Positions 7,780 to 17,660 of a stretch of 64,000 bases of DNA are shown here, in pieces. The translations under genes were made by a program, and so were the position numbers. The stretch lies in NCBI GenBank assembly GCA_964436545.1, contig CAYTCJ010000003.1, forward strand, positions 3,168-67,167. Direction: 5' to 3'. This DNA comes from an uncultured Candidatus Saccharibacteria bacterium. GTDB taxonomy: Bacteria; Patescibacteriota; Doudnabacteria; UBA920. Each line of letters opens with the position of its first letter. Positions within the stretch are counted from its first letter, which is position 1. The notes below the pieces were generated by a model that saw nothing but the letters and a program-made list of their open reading frames with translations, searched no databases and had not been told where the DNA came from.

Positions 7780-9057
7780 TTAGTTTATTAGTAATTCCTC
7801 AATCTTCATTAACCGGTTATATTTACACACCCGCTCGCCTCGGGTGGGGCCGACTTTAATCCACTCACTACCCATGGCCACGGCAAGGTCAACTAAGAAA
7901 GTGTCATTGGTTTCGCCCCCGCCTCGGTGGGAGGGAATAGTGATGAAATTATATTTTTTAGCTAAAAGGCAAGCCTCGACGGTTTCACTCACCGTGCCGG
8001 CTTGGTTAAGTTTAATTAAAATCGCATTGGCGCATTTTTCATCTATGGCTTTTTGCCAAAGTTTTGCATTAGTTACGGTTAAGTCATCGGCCACAATTTT
8101 TACTGTGCCCGCTTGGCTCATTAATTTTGGCCAATTGCTCCAGTCAAATTCCGAGAGACCGTCTTCCAAAGCTATAATCGGATATTTACGAAACCAATCC
8201 GCATACATAGCAATTATTTCGTCGGAAGTTAGCAGTTTTTTATCCACTTTTAAACTATATTTATTATCACTCAGGAATTCCGAAGCCGCAGCGTCTATGT
8301 AAATGCCCGCATCTGTGATAGCTTGATAGCCGGCTTGTTCTATGGCCTTAGTAAGAATTTGTAAAGGCAGTTCATTGCTGGTAATTCCGGCCGGCGCAAA
8401 AGCGCCTTCGTTGCCGACGTTGGTGTTAAACCCTTGTTGTTTTAAAAGGGTTTTGGTGGCTTGATAAATTTCTTCCATCATTTGCACGTTGGCCTTAGCA
8501 GATTGGTTTTTATTTACCGCTAAAATATACTCTTGTAAATCGGTAGAATTATCGGCATGTTTACCGCCTTCAATAAACACGGCAAGGGGACGAGGTAAGT
8601 TGTAAGTTGTAAGTTGCCTGTCTGCGGACAAGGCAGGTAAGTTGTAAGTATTAGCTAGATATTCATATAATTCCAAGTTTGCATCAGTGGCAGCAGCGCG
8701 GGCAATGGCCATGGAAACCCCCAAAATGGCATTGGCACCCAAATTACTTTTGTTTTCCGTGCCGTCTGCGTCAATCATAAGCCTATCAATTTCCTGTTGA
8801 GCTTTTGCCTCTTTGCCAATTAGTAGAGGTGCGATTTTTGTATTAACATTTGCCGTGGCCTGAAGCATACCTTTGCCGTTATAGCGTTTCACTTCACTAT
8901 CGAGCAAAACAAAAGCTTCTTTACTGCCTGCCGACTCGCCATAAGACACGCTGGCTGTGCCGACACAATTATTTTCTAAGACAACGTCCACCTCTAAAGA
9001 GGGCGCGCCACCGCTAGCTAAGATTTCTCTTGCAAAAATGTGTTTGATTTTGGTCAT
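7780..9057 (-). CDS. eno: Enolase (phosphopyruvate hydratase)
   Basis: The SHRGGGETNDTF(LV)DLAVA signature and the overall 425-aa alignment pattern match Eno. The gene contains an in-frame repeat insert (8595-8650). Confidence 0.9.
   Translation of the reverse strand: MTKIKHIFAREILASGGAPSLEVDVVLENNCVGTASVSYGESAGSKEAFVLLDSEVKRYNGKGMLQATANVNTKIAPLLIGKEAKAQQEIDRLMIDADGTENKSNLGANAILGVSMAIARAAATDANLELYEYLANTYNLPALSADRQLTTYNLPRPLAVFIEGGKHADNSTDLQEYILAVNKNQSAKANVQMMEEIYQATKTLLKQQGFNTNVGNEGAFAPAGITSNELPLQILTKAIEQAGYQAITDAGIYIDAAASEFLSDNKYSLKVDKKLLTSDEIIAMYADWFRKYPIIALEDGLSEFDWSNWPKLMSQAGTVKIVADDLTVTNAKLWQKAIDEKCANAILIKLNQAGTVSETVEACLLAKKYNFITIPSHRGGGETNDTFLVDLAVAMGSEWIKVGPTRGERVCKYNRLMKIEELLIN
8595..8650. 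repeat. Palindromic unit flanked by GTAAGTTGTAAGT repeats, inserted in frame in eno
   Basis: Plus strand reads gtaagttgtaagttgtaagttg-cctgtctgcggacaaggcagg-taagttgtaagt. On the coding strand it encodes TYNLPALSADRQLTTYNLP, which has a duplicated TYNLP flank. This sits where other enolases have a short loop before the GGxHADN motif. Confidence 0.65.
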
Positions 9058-9190
9058 ATGGAATGGTTAATCTTTTAGGTATTATATGCAAAATTGGTTA
9101 AATCCGCAAAAATTGATATAATCGTAATAGATTTAGATTAATTAGGTTTTGTCAGGGGAGAGGAGTAAAAAAAAGTAAAAGAATAAAAAA

Positions 9191-9832
9191 ATGCTAGAAA
9201 GTAAAGAATTTTGCACAATTTATATTGTTCGGCACGGGGAAACCGACCATAATATTCAGGGGATTATTCAAGGTCAAATAGATACGGAATTAAACGCGCA
9301 AGGTGTTGAGCAAGCCACGCAAGCTGGTAAAAGATTGGCGCCCATAAATTTTGATGTAGTGTTTGCTTCAGATTTGCTCAGAGCAAAAAGAACAGCGGAA
9401 ATAATTGTGGCGGAAAAACAATTAGCGATTAATACCACTAAATTGTTAAGAGAAAGAAACTATGGTCAATATGAAAATAAAAAACATTCAGAATTTAAAG
9501 AAGTTAATAAAGCTCTCTTGTTAAAATTACAAGCCATGGCAACTGAGCAAAGGCGAGAGTATAAATTTGATGCCGAATACGAAAGCGATAATCAGGTAGC
9601 CGGCCGGTTGCTAACTTTTTTAAGAGAAGTGGCTATAACTTATGCCGGAAAAACCGTGTTAATGGTTTCGCATGGCGGAGTAATGAGAATTTTATTGGAA
9701 CATTTAGGTTTTAAAACCACCGAAGAAATGAAAAAGATTTTTATTGAAAATACCGCTCACATAAAATTAGCCAGCAATGGGGTGGAGTTTAATTTATTGG
9801 AAACCAATGGCTTTACAATTAAAGAGGTTTAA
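9191..9832 (+). CDS. Histidine phosphatase family protein (phosphoglycerate mutase-like)
   Basis: The IYIVRHGETDHN catalytic motif is characteristic of the histidine phosphatase superfamily. The gene sits between eno and pyk. Confidence 0.75.
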   Translation: MLESKEFCTIYIVRHGETDHNIQGIIQGQIDTELNAQGVEQATQAGKRLAPINFDVVFASDLLRAKRTAEIIVAEKQLAINTTKLLRERNYGQYENKKHSEFKEVNKALLLKLQAMATEQRREYKFDAEYESDNQVAGRLLTFLREVAITYAGKTVLMVSHGGVMRILLEHLGFKTTEEMKKIFIENTAHIKLASNGVEFNLLETNGFTIKEV

Positions 9833-9834
9833 CT

Positions 9835-11229
9835 ATGCACAAAAAAACGAAAATTATTTGCACCTTGGGACCGGCGAGTGAAAGTATAAAAATCATTGAA
9901 CAAATGGTGAGGGCGGGAATGAATGTGGCACGCTTAAATTTTTCGCATGGCGACCACGAGAATCATAAATTATTAATAGACAATATCCGCCGGGTGTCTG
10001 GCAAAGTGGGCGTGCCGATTGCTATTATTCAAGATTTGCACGGTCCAAAAATTCGGATTAAAGATTTAACCGCGCCAATAGCGGTAAAAGTCGGCGATAA
10101 GGTGGTCATTGGTAAAGATTTTAATTTAGACACTGAAGTTTTTAAATCGATTCGCACGAAACAAAGAATTCTAATTGAAGACGGACTAATTGAATTGGAA
10201 GTGGAGAAAGTAACCGGTAAACAGATTACTTGCACGGTGCTGTCGCCGGGAAAAATTCAAAATCATAAGGGGGTCAATTTGCCCAGAACCAAATTAAAAA
10301 TTCCCATTCTTACCACCAGAGACATTGAGGACTTGAAGTTTGGTTTAAAGAACAATGTGGATTATGTGGCGTTATCTTTTGTAAGGACTGCCAAAGACGT
10401 GAGGAATTTAAAAAAATTGATTGCCAAGTTTAATCCTAAAACCTTACTGCCTCCGAAGATTATTGCCAAAATCGAAAAGCCGGAAGCGGTAAAGAATTTT
10501 AATGCAATTTTAAGAGAATCAGACGCCGTAATGGTGGCTAGGGGCGATTTGGGTGTGGAAATGCCGGAGTCGCAAGTGCCAATTTTACAAAAGGAAATTA
10601 TTCAAAAATGTTTAAGGTCGGCTAAGCCGGTAATTGTCGCCACGCAAATGTTAGACAGTATGATACGAAACCCCAGGCCAACTCGGGCGGAAGTGAGCGA
10701 TGTGGCAAATGCGGTAATTGACCAAAGCGATGCGGTTATGCTTTCGGGCGAGAGCGCGTTTGGTAAGTATCCGGTGAAAACTGTACAAGAAATGGCTAAA
10801 ATTATTGAAGTCACGGAGAAATCCCATTTTTTGCCCCCGCATAAACATTTGCAAGACAAAGTGGTAAGCAAAGTGGAAGCAATTTCCGAAGGTGTGTTTG
10901 ATTTGGCTGAACATACGAAAGCCTCTGCGATTGTTGGGGCTACGGAGAGCGGGTTTACTGCCAGACAAGTGGCTCACGAAAGGCCGTTCCATCCCAAACT
11001 TGTGATGTTTACACCGAAAGAAAAAACTTTGAGACAAATGGCATTAATTTGGGGAGTGGAGAGTTTTTATATGCCTCAAGTAAAAACTTTGGAACAGTTA
11101 ACTGCCACTATGTTTAAAATTTTAAAAGCTAAACGAGTTTTAAGAACCGGGCAAAAGGTAATTATGGTAACCGGCGAACCTATTGGCACTAAAGAGAGTT
11201 TAAATTTAGTGGAAGTTAAAGTAATTTAG
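9835..11229 (+). CDS. pyk: Pyruvate kinase
   Basis: 464 aa with TKIICTLGP, the MVARGDLGVE motif and a C-terminal regulatory domain. Confidence 0.9.
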   Translation: MHKKTKIICTLGPASESIKIIEQMVRAGMNVARLNFSHGDHENHKLLIDNIRRVSGKVGVPIAIIQDLHGPKIRIKDLTAPIAVKVGDKVVIGKDFNLDTEVFKSIRTKQRILIEDGLIELEVEKVTGKQITCTVLSPGKIQNHKGVNLPRTKLKIPILTTRDIEDLKFGLKNNVDYVALSFVRTAKDVRNLKKLIAKFNPKTLLPPKIIAKIEKPEAVKNFNAILRESDAVMVARGDLGVEMPESQVPILQKEIIQKCLRSAKPVIVATQMLDSMIRNPRPTRAEVSDVANAVIDQSDAVMLSGESAFGKYPVKTVQEMAKIIEVTEKSHFLPPHKHLQDKVVSKVEAISEGVFDLAEHTKASAIVGATESGFTARQVAHERPFHPKLVMFTPKEKTLRQMALIWGVESFYMPQVKTLEQLTATMFKILKAKRVLRTGQKVIMVTGEPIGTKESLNLVEVKVI

Positions 11230-11233
11230 CCAG

Positions 11234-11966
11234 ATGGGCATCTTCAAGGGGATTCCCCTTGAAGATGCCCATCGAGGGAATATGAATCATCGAGATTATA
11301 AACAATTTGCCCCTTTAACCTCCCATCATATTTATAATCGGGGAAATGGAAAGCGAGATATTTTTTTGGATGCGGATGATTATAATTTTTTTCTATATCG
11401 CCTGAAAGAAAATCTTTTTCCCACCTTGAAGATGCCCATCGAGGGGAGTGTATTTAATAATTCGCATACTCCATATAAACGCAAAACCTTGCCTAGCGGA
11501 GCATTTTCTTTATTGGCTTATTGTTTGATGCCAAATCATTTTCATTTACTAATCCAACAGAATTCGTTATTGCCTGTGAGTAAGTTATTAGCCAAAGTTT
11601 GTACAAGTTATAGTAAATATTTTAACAAAAAATATGATAATATTGGTGGAGTCTTTCAAGATCAATTTAAAGCAGTTTTAGTTGTTAGTGATACTCAACT
11701 GCTTTGGCTTTCAGCGTATATTCATCAAAACCCGGTAATAGCAGGAATTATAAAAAAGATAGAGGATTATCAATGGTCTAGTTATTTAGATTTGGTGGGT
11801 TTAAGGCAAGGGAGTCTTTGTGATAAAAGTTTTTTTGTGAAAATGGTTGGTTCTAAAAATTCTTATAAAAAATTTGTTGATGAAAGTTTTGAAAAAATTA
11901 AACAACGGAAGGACATTAAGAATTTACTAATAGAATAGTACCCCCCTTGAAGATGCCCATCAAGGG
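11234..11966 (+). mobile_element. RAYT (REP-associated tyrosine transposase) unit flanked by REP hairpins
   Basis: REP-like hairpins cccTTGAagatgcccatCgAggg occur as an inverted pair at 11234-11273, again at 11425-11447 (inside the gene) and again at 11941-11966. The enclosed CDS has HuH and Tyr motifs. Confidence 0.7.
11283..11938 (+). CDS. IS200/IS605-like Y1 HuH transposase (REP-associated tyrosine transposase)
   Basis: HFHLLI is the HuH motif, and YIHQNPV supplies the downstream catalytic Tyr. The track ORF start at 11234 is encoded by the REP palindrome, so the ATG at 11283 is the more likely start. Confidence 0.7.
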
Positions 11967-12143
11967 TATTTTAAGGTTTAAATGACATTCGTTGAAAATT
12001 AGGTTATAATAGTAGAAATCATTTATCATACAAACCCCATTAGAGAATTATTGGGAGTAAGATATTAATAGGCTTTAGGTTATTGTTTTATTTTTATTTA
12101 CAAAGCTTTATTCTATATTCTCTAACGGGGCAAGTCATACTTT

Positions 12144-14609
12144 ATGGAAAAAGATAAGCAATTTGTTTTATGGTTTGACGAAATTAGCAAAGGCGACGTG
12201 GGTTTAGTGGGGGGAAAAAACGCCAATTTGGGAGAAATGTACCAAAATTTAACCAAAGCGGAAAGTCCGCTTTTTAAAGGCGAAAAGATTAATGTGCCTT
12301 ATGGGTTTTCTGTAACCGCTTATGCCTATCGGCAGTTTATTAGTGCGAATCAATTAGATCAAAAAATTAAAGAACTATTAAAAGATTTAGACACGCATAA
12401 CATTAAACAACTGGAAGAAAAAGGTCATAAAGTTAGACAAATTATTTTAGAAGCCAATTTTCCGGAAGACTTGTCTACCGCTATAAAAACCGCTTATGCG
12501 GAAATGGCTAAAAAATTAAAATTGCCCGCCGAAGAGTTAGATGTAGCGGTTAGGTCTTCTGCCACGGCCGAGGATTTACCGGATGCGAGTTTTGCCGGAC
12601 AACAAGAGAGTTATTTAAACATTAAGGGTGACCACGAGTTGTTGGAGAGTATTAAAAAAGCCTTTTCGTCGTTGTTTACCAACCGCGCAATTTCTTACCG
12701 GCAAGACAAAAATTATGACCACTTTAATGTTGCCTTGTCCGTAGCTGTGCAAAAAATGGCGAGGTCAGATCGCGGTTCTAGCGGAGTATTATTTACCATA
12801 GATACGGAGAGCGGGTTTAAAAATTGTTTAATTATTAACGGCGCTTGGGGTCTGGGTGAGTTTGTGGTTAAAGGGATTGTGAACCCCGATGAGTTTAAAG
12901 TGTTTAAACCTACCCTAAAACAGGGTTTTAAATCTATCATCAATAAAAAGTTAGGCAGTAAAGAGAAAAAGTTAATTTATGCTTCGGAAGGCACAGAGCC
13001 CACAAGGGAAGCGCCGGTAGCCGAAGCCGACCGGCACCGCTTTGTGCTCAACGATGAGCAAATTTTGCAATTGGCCAAGTGGGGAGTAATTATTGAAGAG
13101 CATTACCAAAGACCCATGGATATTGAATGGGCGTTGGACGAAACTACTAACCAGCTCTACATTGTGCAGGCCAGACCCGAGACCGTGCATGCGCACCGCG
13201 ATGCTAATTTTTTGGAAGAATTTGTTTTGGAAGAAAAAGGCAAGGTAATTACGCAAGGTGCTGCGGTGGGTGCTAAAATCGGACAAGGCAAGGCACACTA
13301 TATAAAAGATGCGGGCAAAATTTCGGAATTCCAAAAAGGTGAGGTGTTAGTGACGGAAATTACCGATCCCGACTGGGAACCGATTATGAAGATTGCTTCG
13401 GCGATTGTGACCAATTCCGGCGGGCGAACCTCGCACGCTGCCATTGTGTCGCGGGAGTTAGGGATTCCGGCTGTGGTGGGCACGGGGAATGCCACAACGA
13501 TAATTAAAGACGGGCAGGAAATTACCGTTTCTTGCGCTGAGGGTGAGTTAGGTAAAGTTTACGAAGGTTTGCTGAAATTTAAAATCAATAAAACCGACCT
13601 TACCGGCTTTACGCCTCCGAAGACCGATATTAAAATGATAGCGGCTGATCCGGAATTGGCTTTTGGCTATTCATTTTTGCCCAATAAAGGCGTTGGCTTG
13701 GCTCGTCAGGAATTTGTGATTTCCAATTCCATAAAAATTCATCCCAATGCGTTAATTAATTATGACACACTGGAAGACCAAGAAGTTAAAAAACAGATTG
13801 ATGTGCTAACCGTGGGGTATGAAGATAAAACTAAGTATTACGTGGAAAAGTTGGCATTTGGTTTGGGGCAGTTAGCCGCAGCCTTCTACCCTTACGATGT
13901 GCTGATGCGGTTTAGTGATTTTAAAAGCAATGAATACGCCAATTTAATTGGGGGAAAATTGTTTGAGCCTGTGGAAGAAAACCCCATGCTCGGGTGGCGA
14001 GGGGCGAGCCGGTATTATTCTCCGGCATACGAAAAAGCGTTCGCGTTTGAGGTGGAGGCGGTTAAGCGCGTAAGGGAAGAAATGGGTTTAATGAATTTAA
14101 GCGTAATGGTGCCGTTTTGTCGCATGCCGGAAGAAGGCAAAAAAGTGGTGGAGTTAATTAATCGCCACGGTTTAACCAATCGCATTTCTCCGGAAGCTCG
14201 CAAACAAAAAAAGAACGGTGATTTGGTGGCCGGTTTGGAAATTTGGGTGATGGCAGAAATCCCTTCTAATATTTTACAAGTTGAAGAATTTGCGGAAATT
14301 TTTGACGGCTTTTCTATTGGCAGTAATGATTTAACCCAGTTAACTTTGGGGTTAGACCGAGACAGTAAAGACATTGCCCATATTGGCAATGAACGCAGTC
14401 CGGCCGTCAGAAAATTAATTAGTATCTTAATTAAAGAAGCTCATGCGCGGGGCTTAAAGGTGGGAATTTGCGGACAAGGGCCGAGTGACTTTCCGGATTT
14501 TGGGGAATTTTTGGTGAAAGAGGGAATAGATAGCGTGTCTTTAAACCCGGACACGGTAATTAAAGCCACCTTAAAACTTAAAGCAGTGGAAGAAAAGATA
14601 GGAAAATAA
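12144..14609 (+). CDS. ppsA: Phosphoenolpyruvate synthase (pyruvate, water dikinase)
   Basis: 821 aa. The N-terminus VLWFDEISKGDVGLVGGKNANLGEM, the phospho-His region GGRTSHAAIVSRELGIPAVVG and a C-terminal PEP-utilising TIM barrel are all present. Confidence 0.85.
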   Translation: MEKDKQFVLWFDEISKGDVGLVGGKNANLGEMYQNLTKAESPLFKGEKINVPYGFSVTAYAYRQFISANQLDQKIKELLKDLDTHNIKQLEEKGHKVRQIILEANFPEDLSTAIKTAYAEMAKKLKLPAEELDVAVRSSATAEDLPDASFAGQQESYLNIKGDHELLESIKKAFSSLFTNRAISYRQDKNYDHFNVALSVAVQKMARSDRGSSGVLFTIDTESGFKNCLIINGAWGLGEFVVKGIVNPDEFKVFKPTLKQGFKSIINKKLGSKEKKLIYASEGTEPTREAPVAEADRHRFVLNDEQILQLAKWGVIIEEHYQRPMDIEWALDETTNQLYIVQARPETVHAHRDANFLEEFVLEEKGKVITQGAAVGAKIGQGKAHYIKDAGKISEFQKGEVLVTEITDPDWEPIMKIASAIVTNSGGRTSHAAIVSRELGIPAVVGTGNATTIIKDGQEITVSCAEGELGKVYEGLLKFKINKTDLTGFTPPKTDIKMIAADPELAFGYSFLPNKGVGLARQEFVISNSIKIHPNALINYDTLEDQEVKKQIDVLTVGYEDKTKYYVEKLAFGLGQLAAAFYPYDVLMRFSDFKSNEYANLIGGKLFEPVEENPMLGWRGASRYYSPAYEKAFAFEVEAVKRVREEMGLMNLSVMVPFCRMPEEGKKVVELINRHGLTNRISPEARKQKKNGDLVAGLEIWVMAEIPSNILQVEEFAEIFDGFSIGSNDLTQLTLGLDRDSKDIAHIGNERSPAVRKLISILIKEAHARGLKVGICGQGPSDFPDFGEFLVKEGIDSVSLNPDTVIKATLKLKAVEEKIGK

Positions 14610-14611
14610 AT

Positions 14612-14938
14612 ATGAAGCCAAAAAGACAGGGTGAAAAAATCGGCGGTGAGCATTCAACTTTTAATGACCTAGCCGTGGGGGTGGCTGATTTTTTGCAAAA
14701 ACTGCCTGAAGTTCACAAAATTTCTCCAGGCTATATTACTTCTGGTATTGGGGGCGGTGCGGGTAGGCGCCATGTAAAAATTATTGATGAAACAGGTTGT
14801 ATATTATTAACTTGTAAACAATCAAGTTCAGTTCAGGAAGTTAGAGTATTTACTAAAAATCCTCAGTCGGTAAAATTGGCTTTAGCTCGGTGGTTAAGGG
14901 ATAGTAAGATAGAGATTAGTTTTGACAGCCATACATAA
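14612..14938 (+). CDS. Hypothetical small protein
   Basis: 108 aa. The start overlaps the ppsA stop region. No motif recognised. Confidence 0.4.
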   Translation: MKPKRQGEKIGGEHSTFNDLAVGVADFLQKLPEVHKISPGYITSGIGGGAGRRHVKIIDETGCILLTCKQSSSVQEVRVFTKNPQSVKLALARWLRDSKIEISFDSHT

Positions 14939-14945
14939 ACCCACT

Positions 14946-14975
14946 AAAAAACCAATCTGGTAAGATTGGTTTTTT
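14946..14975. terminator. Rho-independent terminator (aaaaaaccaatct-ggta-agattggtttttt)
   Basis: A perfect 13-bp stem flanked by an A-run and a T-run. It could serve both the upstream + gene and the - strand tRNA. Confidence 0.75.
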
Positions 14976-14977
14976 AG

Positions 14978-15067
14978 TGGCGGAGAGAGGGGGATTCGAA
15001 CCCCCGAAGCCTTTTACAGCTTACTCGCTTTCCAAGCGAGCGCACTAGACCACTATGCGATCTCTCC
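14978..15067 (-). tRNA. tRNA-Ser (anticodon GGA)
   Basis: The reverse complement folds as a class II tRNA. It has a 7-bp acceptor stem (ggagaga/tctctcc), the anticodon loop tt-GGA-aa, a long variable arm, a T-arm ggttcgaatcc and a CCA end. Confidence 0.85.
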
Positions 15068-15190
15068 TTGGGTAATAAAACAAATGAAATACCAACAAAT
15101 CTTACCATTTTTTTACCGGCTTGTCGAGATTAAGAATTTATTATAGAATAGTAAGGCAATTAAAACATTTATTCTCTAATAAACACCAAT

Positions 15191-15766
15191 ATGACCGCAC
15201 TTAGCCCAAAAATTTTGAAAGCTTTGGAGTTTGCTTCTATTGCTCATAAAGGTCAACTGCGCAAATTTCCCACCAATGTGCCTTATATTTCTCATTTGGG
15301 AGCGGTAGCCCTTATTTTATCTAACGCCGGTTATGCGGAGAATGTGGTGGTAGCGGGGATTCTGCACGACGTTATTGAAGACACGCCGTTTAAAGCTGAA
15401 GATATTATGGAAAATTTTGGTACCGAGGTTTACGAGTTAGTGGTGGTGGTTACAGAAAATAAAAGTTTGCCGTGGCAGGAACGCAAGGAGCGTTATTTGG
15501 AACAAATTAAAAATGCTTCGGTGGAAGCTCAAGCCATTTCCGCTGCGGATTTATTTGCCAATCGGTTATCCAATTTATTGGGTTTAAGAAAAGGCGAGAA
15601 TCCGTGGATAAAGTTTTCCAAACAACCTAAAGAATATGCCCAAAGAATTTTTGATATTGACGAAAAACGTTTAGCCATTATTAAAAACAGTCCCATTCCG
15701 TTTGTGTCCGAGTTAGAGCGAGCCATGCGAGAAGTGGAAGATTTAACTTGGCAGATGCTGGGTTAA
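15191..15766 (+). CDS. HD-domain phosphohydrolase, SpoT/RelA-hydrolase-like (small alarmone hydrolase candidate)
   Basis: 191 aa. It has the HxxxxxHD-type metal motifs including HDVIEDT, typical of (p)ppGpp hydrolase domains. Confidence 0.6.
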   Translation: MTALSPKILKALEFASIAHKGQLRKFPTNVPYISHLGAVALILSNAGYAENVVVAGILHDVIEDTPFKAEDIMENFGTEVYELVVVVTENKSLPWQERKERYLEQIKNASVEAQAISAADLFANRLSNLLGLRKGENPWIKFSKQPKEYAQRIFDIDEKRLAIIKNSPIPFVSELERAMREVEDLTWQMLG

Positions 15767-15890
15767 GCCCGAAATTCTAAAGTCTAAAATCTAAATAAAA
15801 GATAAATTACAAATTCTAATAAAATATTTGGAGTTTAATTTTTTGAGTTTGTTTAGGTTTTGTTTTTAGATTTTAGTTATTGACTTTTTT

Positions 15891-17648
15891 ATGTCAGATA
15901 ATCAGTCGCAGGAAGTTAAAGATCGCTTAAATATTGCCGATGTAATTGGCGGTTATTTGCCATTAAAAAAAGCGGGCGTGAATTTTAAAACCACTTGCCC
16001 GTTTCACCATGAAAAAACGCCCTCGTTTAATGTGAACGTGCCAAAACAAATTTGGCACTGTTTTGGTTGCGGAGAGGGAGGCGATGTGTTTAGTTTCGTA
16101 ATGCGGTATGAAAATTTAGACTTTAAAAGCGCTTTAAAACTCTTGGCCGATAAAGCCGGAGTGAGCTTGCCCAGTTATAAGCCCCAAAATCCGGAAGTGG
16201 AACAGGAAAGGGAGCGACTTTTGAGAGTGAATGCTTTTGCCGGCAAGCTCTATCATCAAATTTTGTTAAAAGACGCCAAAGGCAGTTTGGCCAAAAACTA
16301 CTTACTTCACCGCGGGCTAACTTTAGATACTTTAACCACTTGGCAGATTGGGTTTGCACCCAAAGAGTTTGGTTTTTTAAGAAGTGCTTTAGCGGTTAAG
16401 CGAGTGTCCGATGCGCACATGGTAAAAGCCGGTGTGGTGGTGAGCGGAGAGAATAATAAATTTTACGATAGGTTTCGTGGTCGTCTGACTTTTCCGATTT
16501 TTGATTTATCCGGCCAAGTGGTGGGTTTTTCCGCTAGGATTCTGCCCGAATTCGACGATGGCAAAACCGCCAAATATATTAATTCTCCTGAAACTCTTAT
16601 TTATCAAAAAGGTAAAATTTTGTTTGGTTTGAATTTTGCCAAATCAGCTATTCGTAAACAGGACGAAGCCATTGTGGTGGAAGGACAAATGGATTGCGTG
16701 GCCAGCCACCAGGCCAAAGTGGCGAATGTGGTGGCCAGTAGCGGAACGGCCTTAACTGCGGAACAGTTGGGCCAAATAAAAAAACTTACCTCCAATTTAA
16801 AACTATGTTTCGATGCCGACTCGGCCGGACAAATCGCTTTAAGCCGAGCCGTGGAATTGGCCGTGCCTATGGGTTTTAATCTTAGCGTCATTAATTTACA
16901 AACTGCCAAAGACCCCGATGAGTTAATTAAACAAGACAGTAAATTGTGGTTAGAGGCCATTGCCCAAGCAGTGCCATATTTTGAATATTTTTTACACAGA
17001 GCTTTAAAGCAGTTTACCGGCACAGTAGAACAAAAAAAAGCCATTGCGCATCAGTTAATGCCCGTGGTATCCAAAATTCCCGATCCCGTGGAGCAAGACC
17101 ATTATTTAGTTAAACTGGCCAGAGCTCTGGGCACTGAGGTGAAAGCTTTAAGTCGGTTATTAACTCACTCGCCGGCGAATCACTCGCTCCCGCCTAGTAG
17201 AGAGGCTCCGGCTGTGGCCTCGGTTTTAGAACCTGTGGGTGGGTTATCGGAAGAAAAGTTAGTGCTGGGAGGACTGTTAACCATGCCGGAATTTTTTAAA
17301 CAAATTGCACATGGCTTGGAGTTAGAGGATTTTCGGATTTTGGAAATTCGGGAGGTGGTGGCTGACTTTTTAAACCCTGCCACCCAAACTCAAGCGTTAG
17401 CCGGTTCGCTTGCCAAAGAAGCCATATTTGTGGTAGAATCTTTGGTAGAACAGCAAGGTCAAAAGCCGATTTTACGGCAACTTTTAAAGTCATATTCCTT
17501 GCTCAAAATAAAGCAGTTAAAAAAGAAACAAAAACAATTACAATTGGAGTTAAGTTTATTGGAAACATCCGGCAAATTGGCGGAAAGCGCTCTTGTTCGT
17601 TCCGAGTTTGCTCGGGTTTCCAAGGCGATTGTGTTTTGGCAAAAGTAA
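15891..17648 (+). CDS. dnaG: DNA primase
   Basis: A CHC2 zinc finger (CPFHHEKTPSFNV...CFGCG) and a TOPRIM region (EGQMDCV). Confidence 0.9.
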   Translation: MSDNQSQEVKDRLNIADVIGGYLPLKKAGVNFKTTCPFHHEKTPSFNVNVPKQIWHCFGCGEGGDVFSFVMRYENLDFKSALKLLADKAGVSLPSYKPQNPEVEQERERLLRVNAFAGKLYHQILLKDAKGSLAKNYLLHRGLTLDTLTTWQIGFAPKEFGFLRSALAVKRVSDAHMVKAGVVVSGENNKFYDRFRGRLTFPIFDLSGQVVGFSARILPEFDDGKTAKYINSPETLIYQKGKILFGLNFAKSAIRKQDEAIVVEGQMDCVASHQAKVANVVASSGTALTAEQLGQIKKLTSNLKLCFDADSAGQIALSRAVELAVPMGFNLSVINLQTAKDPDELIKQDSKLWLEAIAQAVPYFEYFLHRALKQFTGTVEQKKAIAHQLMPVVSKIPDPVEQDHYLVKLARALGTEVKALSRLLTHSPANHSLPPSREAPAVASVLEPVGGLSEEKLVLGGLLTMPEFFKQIAHGLELEDFRILEIREVVADFLNPATQTQALAGSLAKEAIFVVESLVEQQGQKPILRQLLKSYSLLKIKQLKKKQKQLQLELSLLETSGKLAESALVRSEFARVSKAIVFWQK

Positions 17649-17660
17649 ATTAATTTTATT

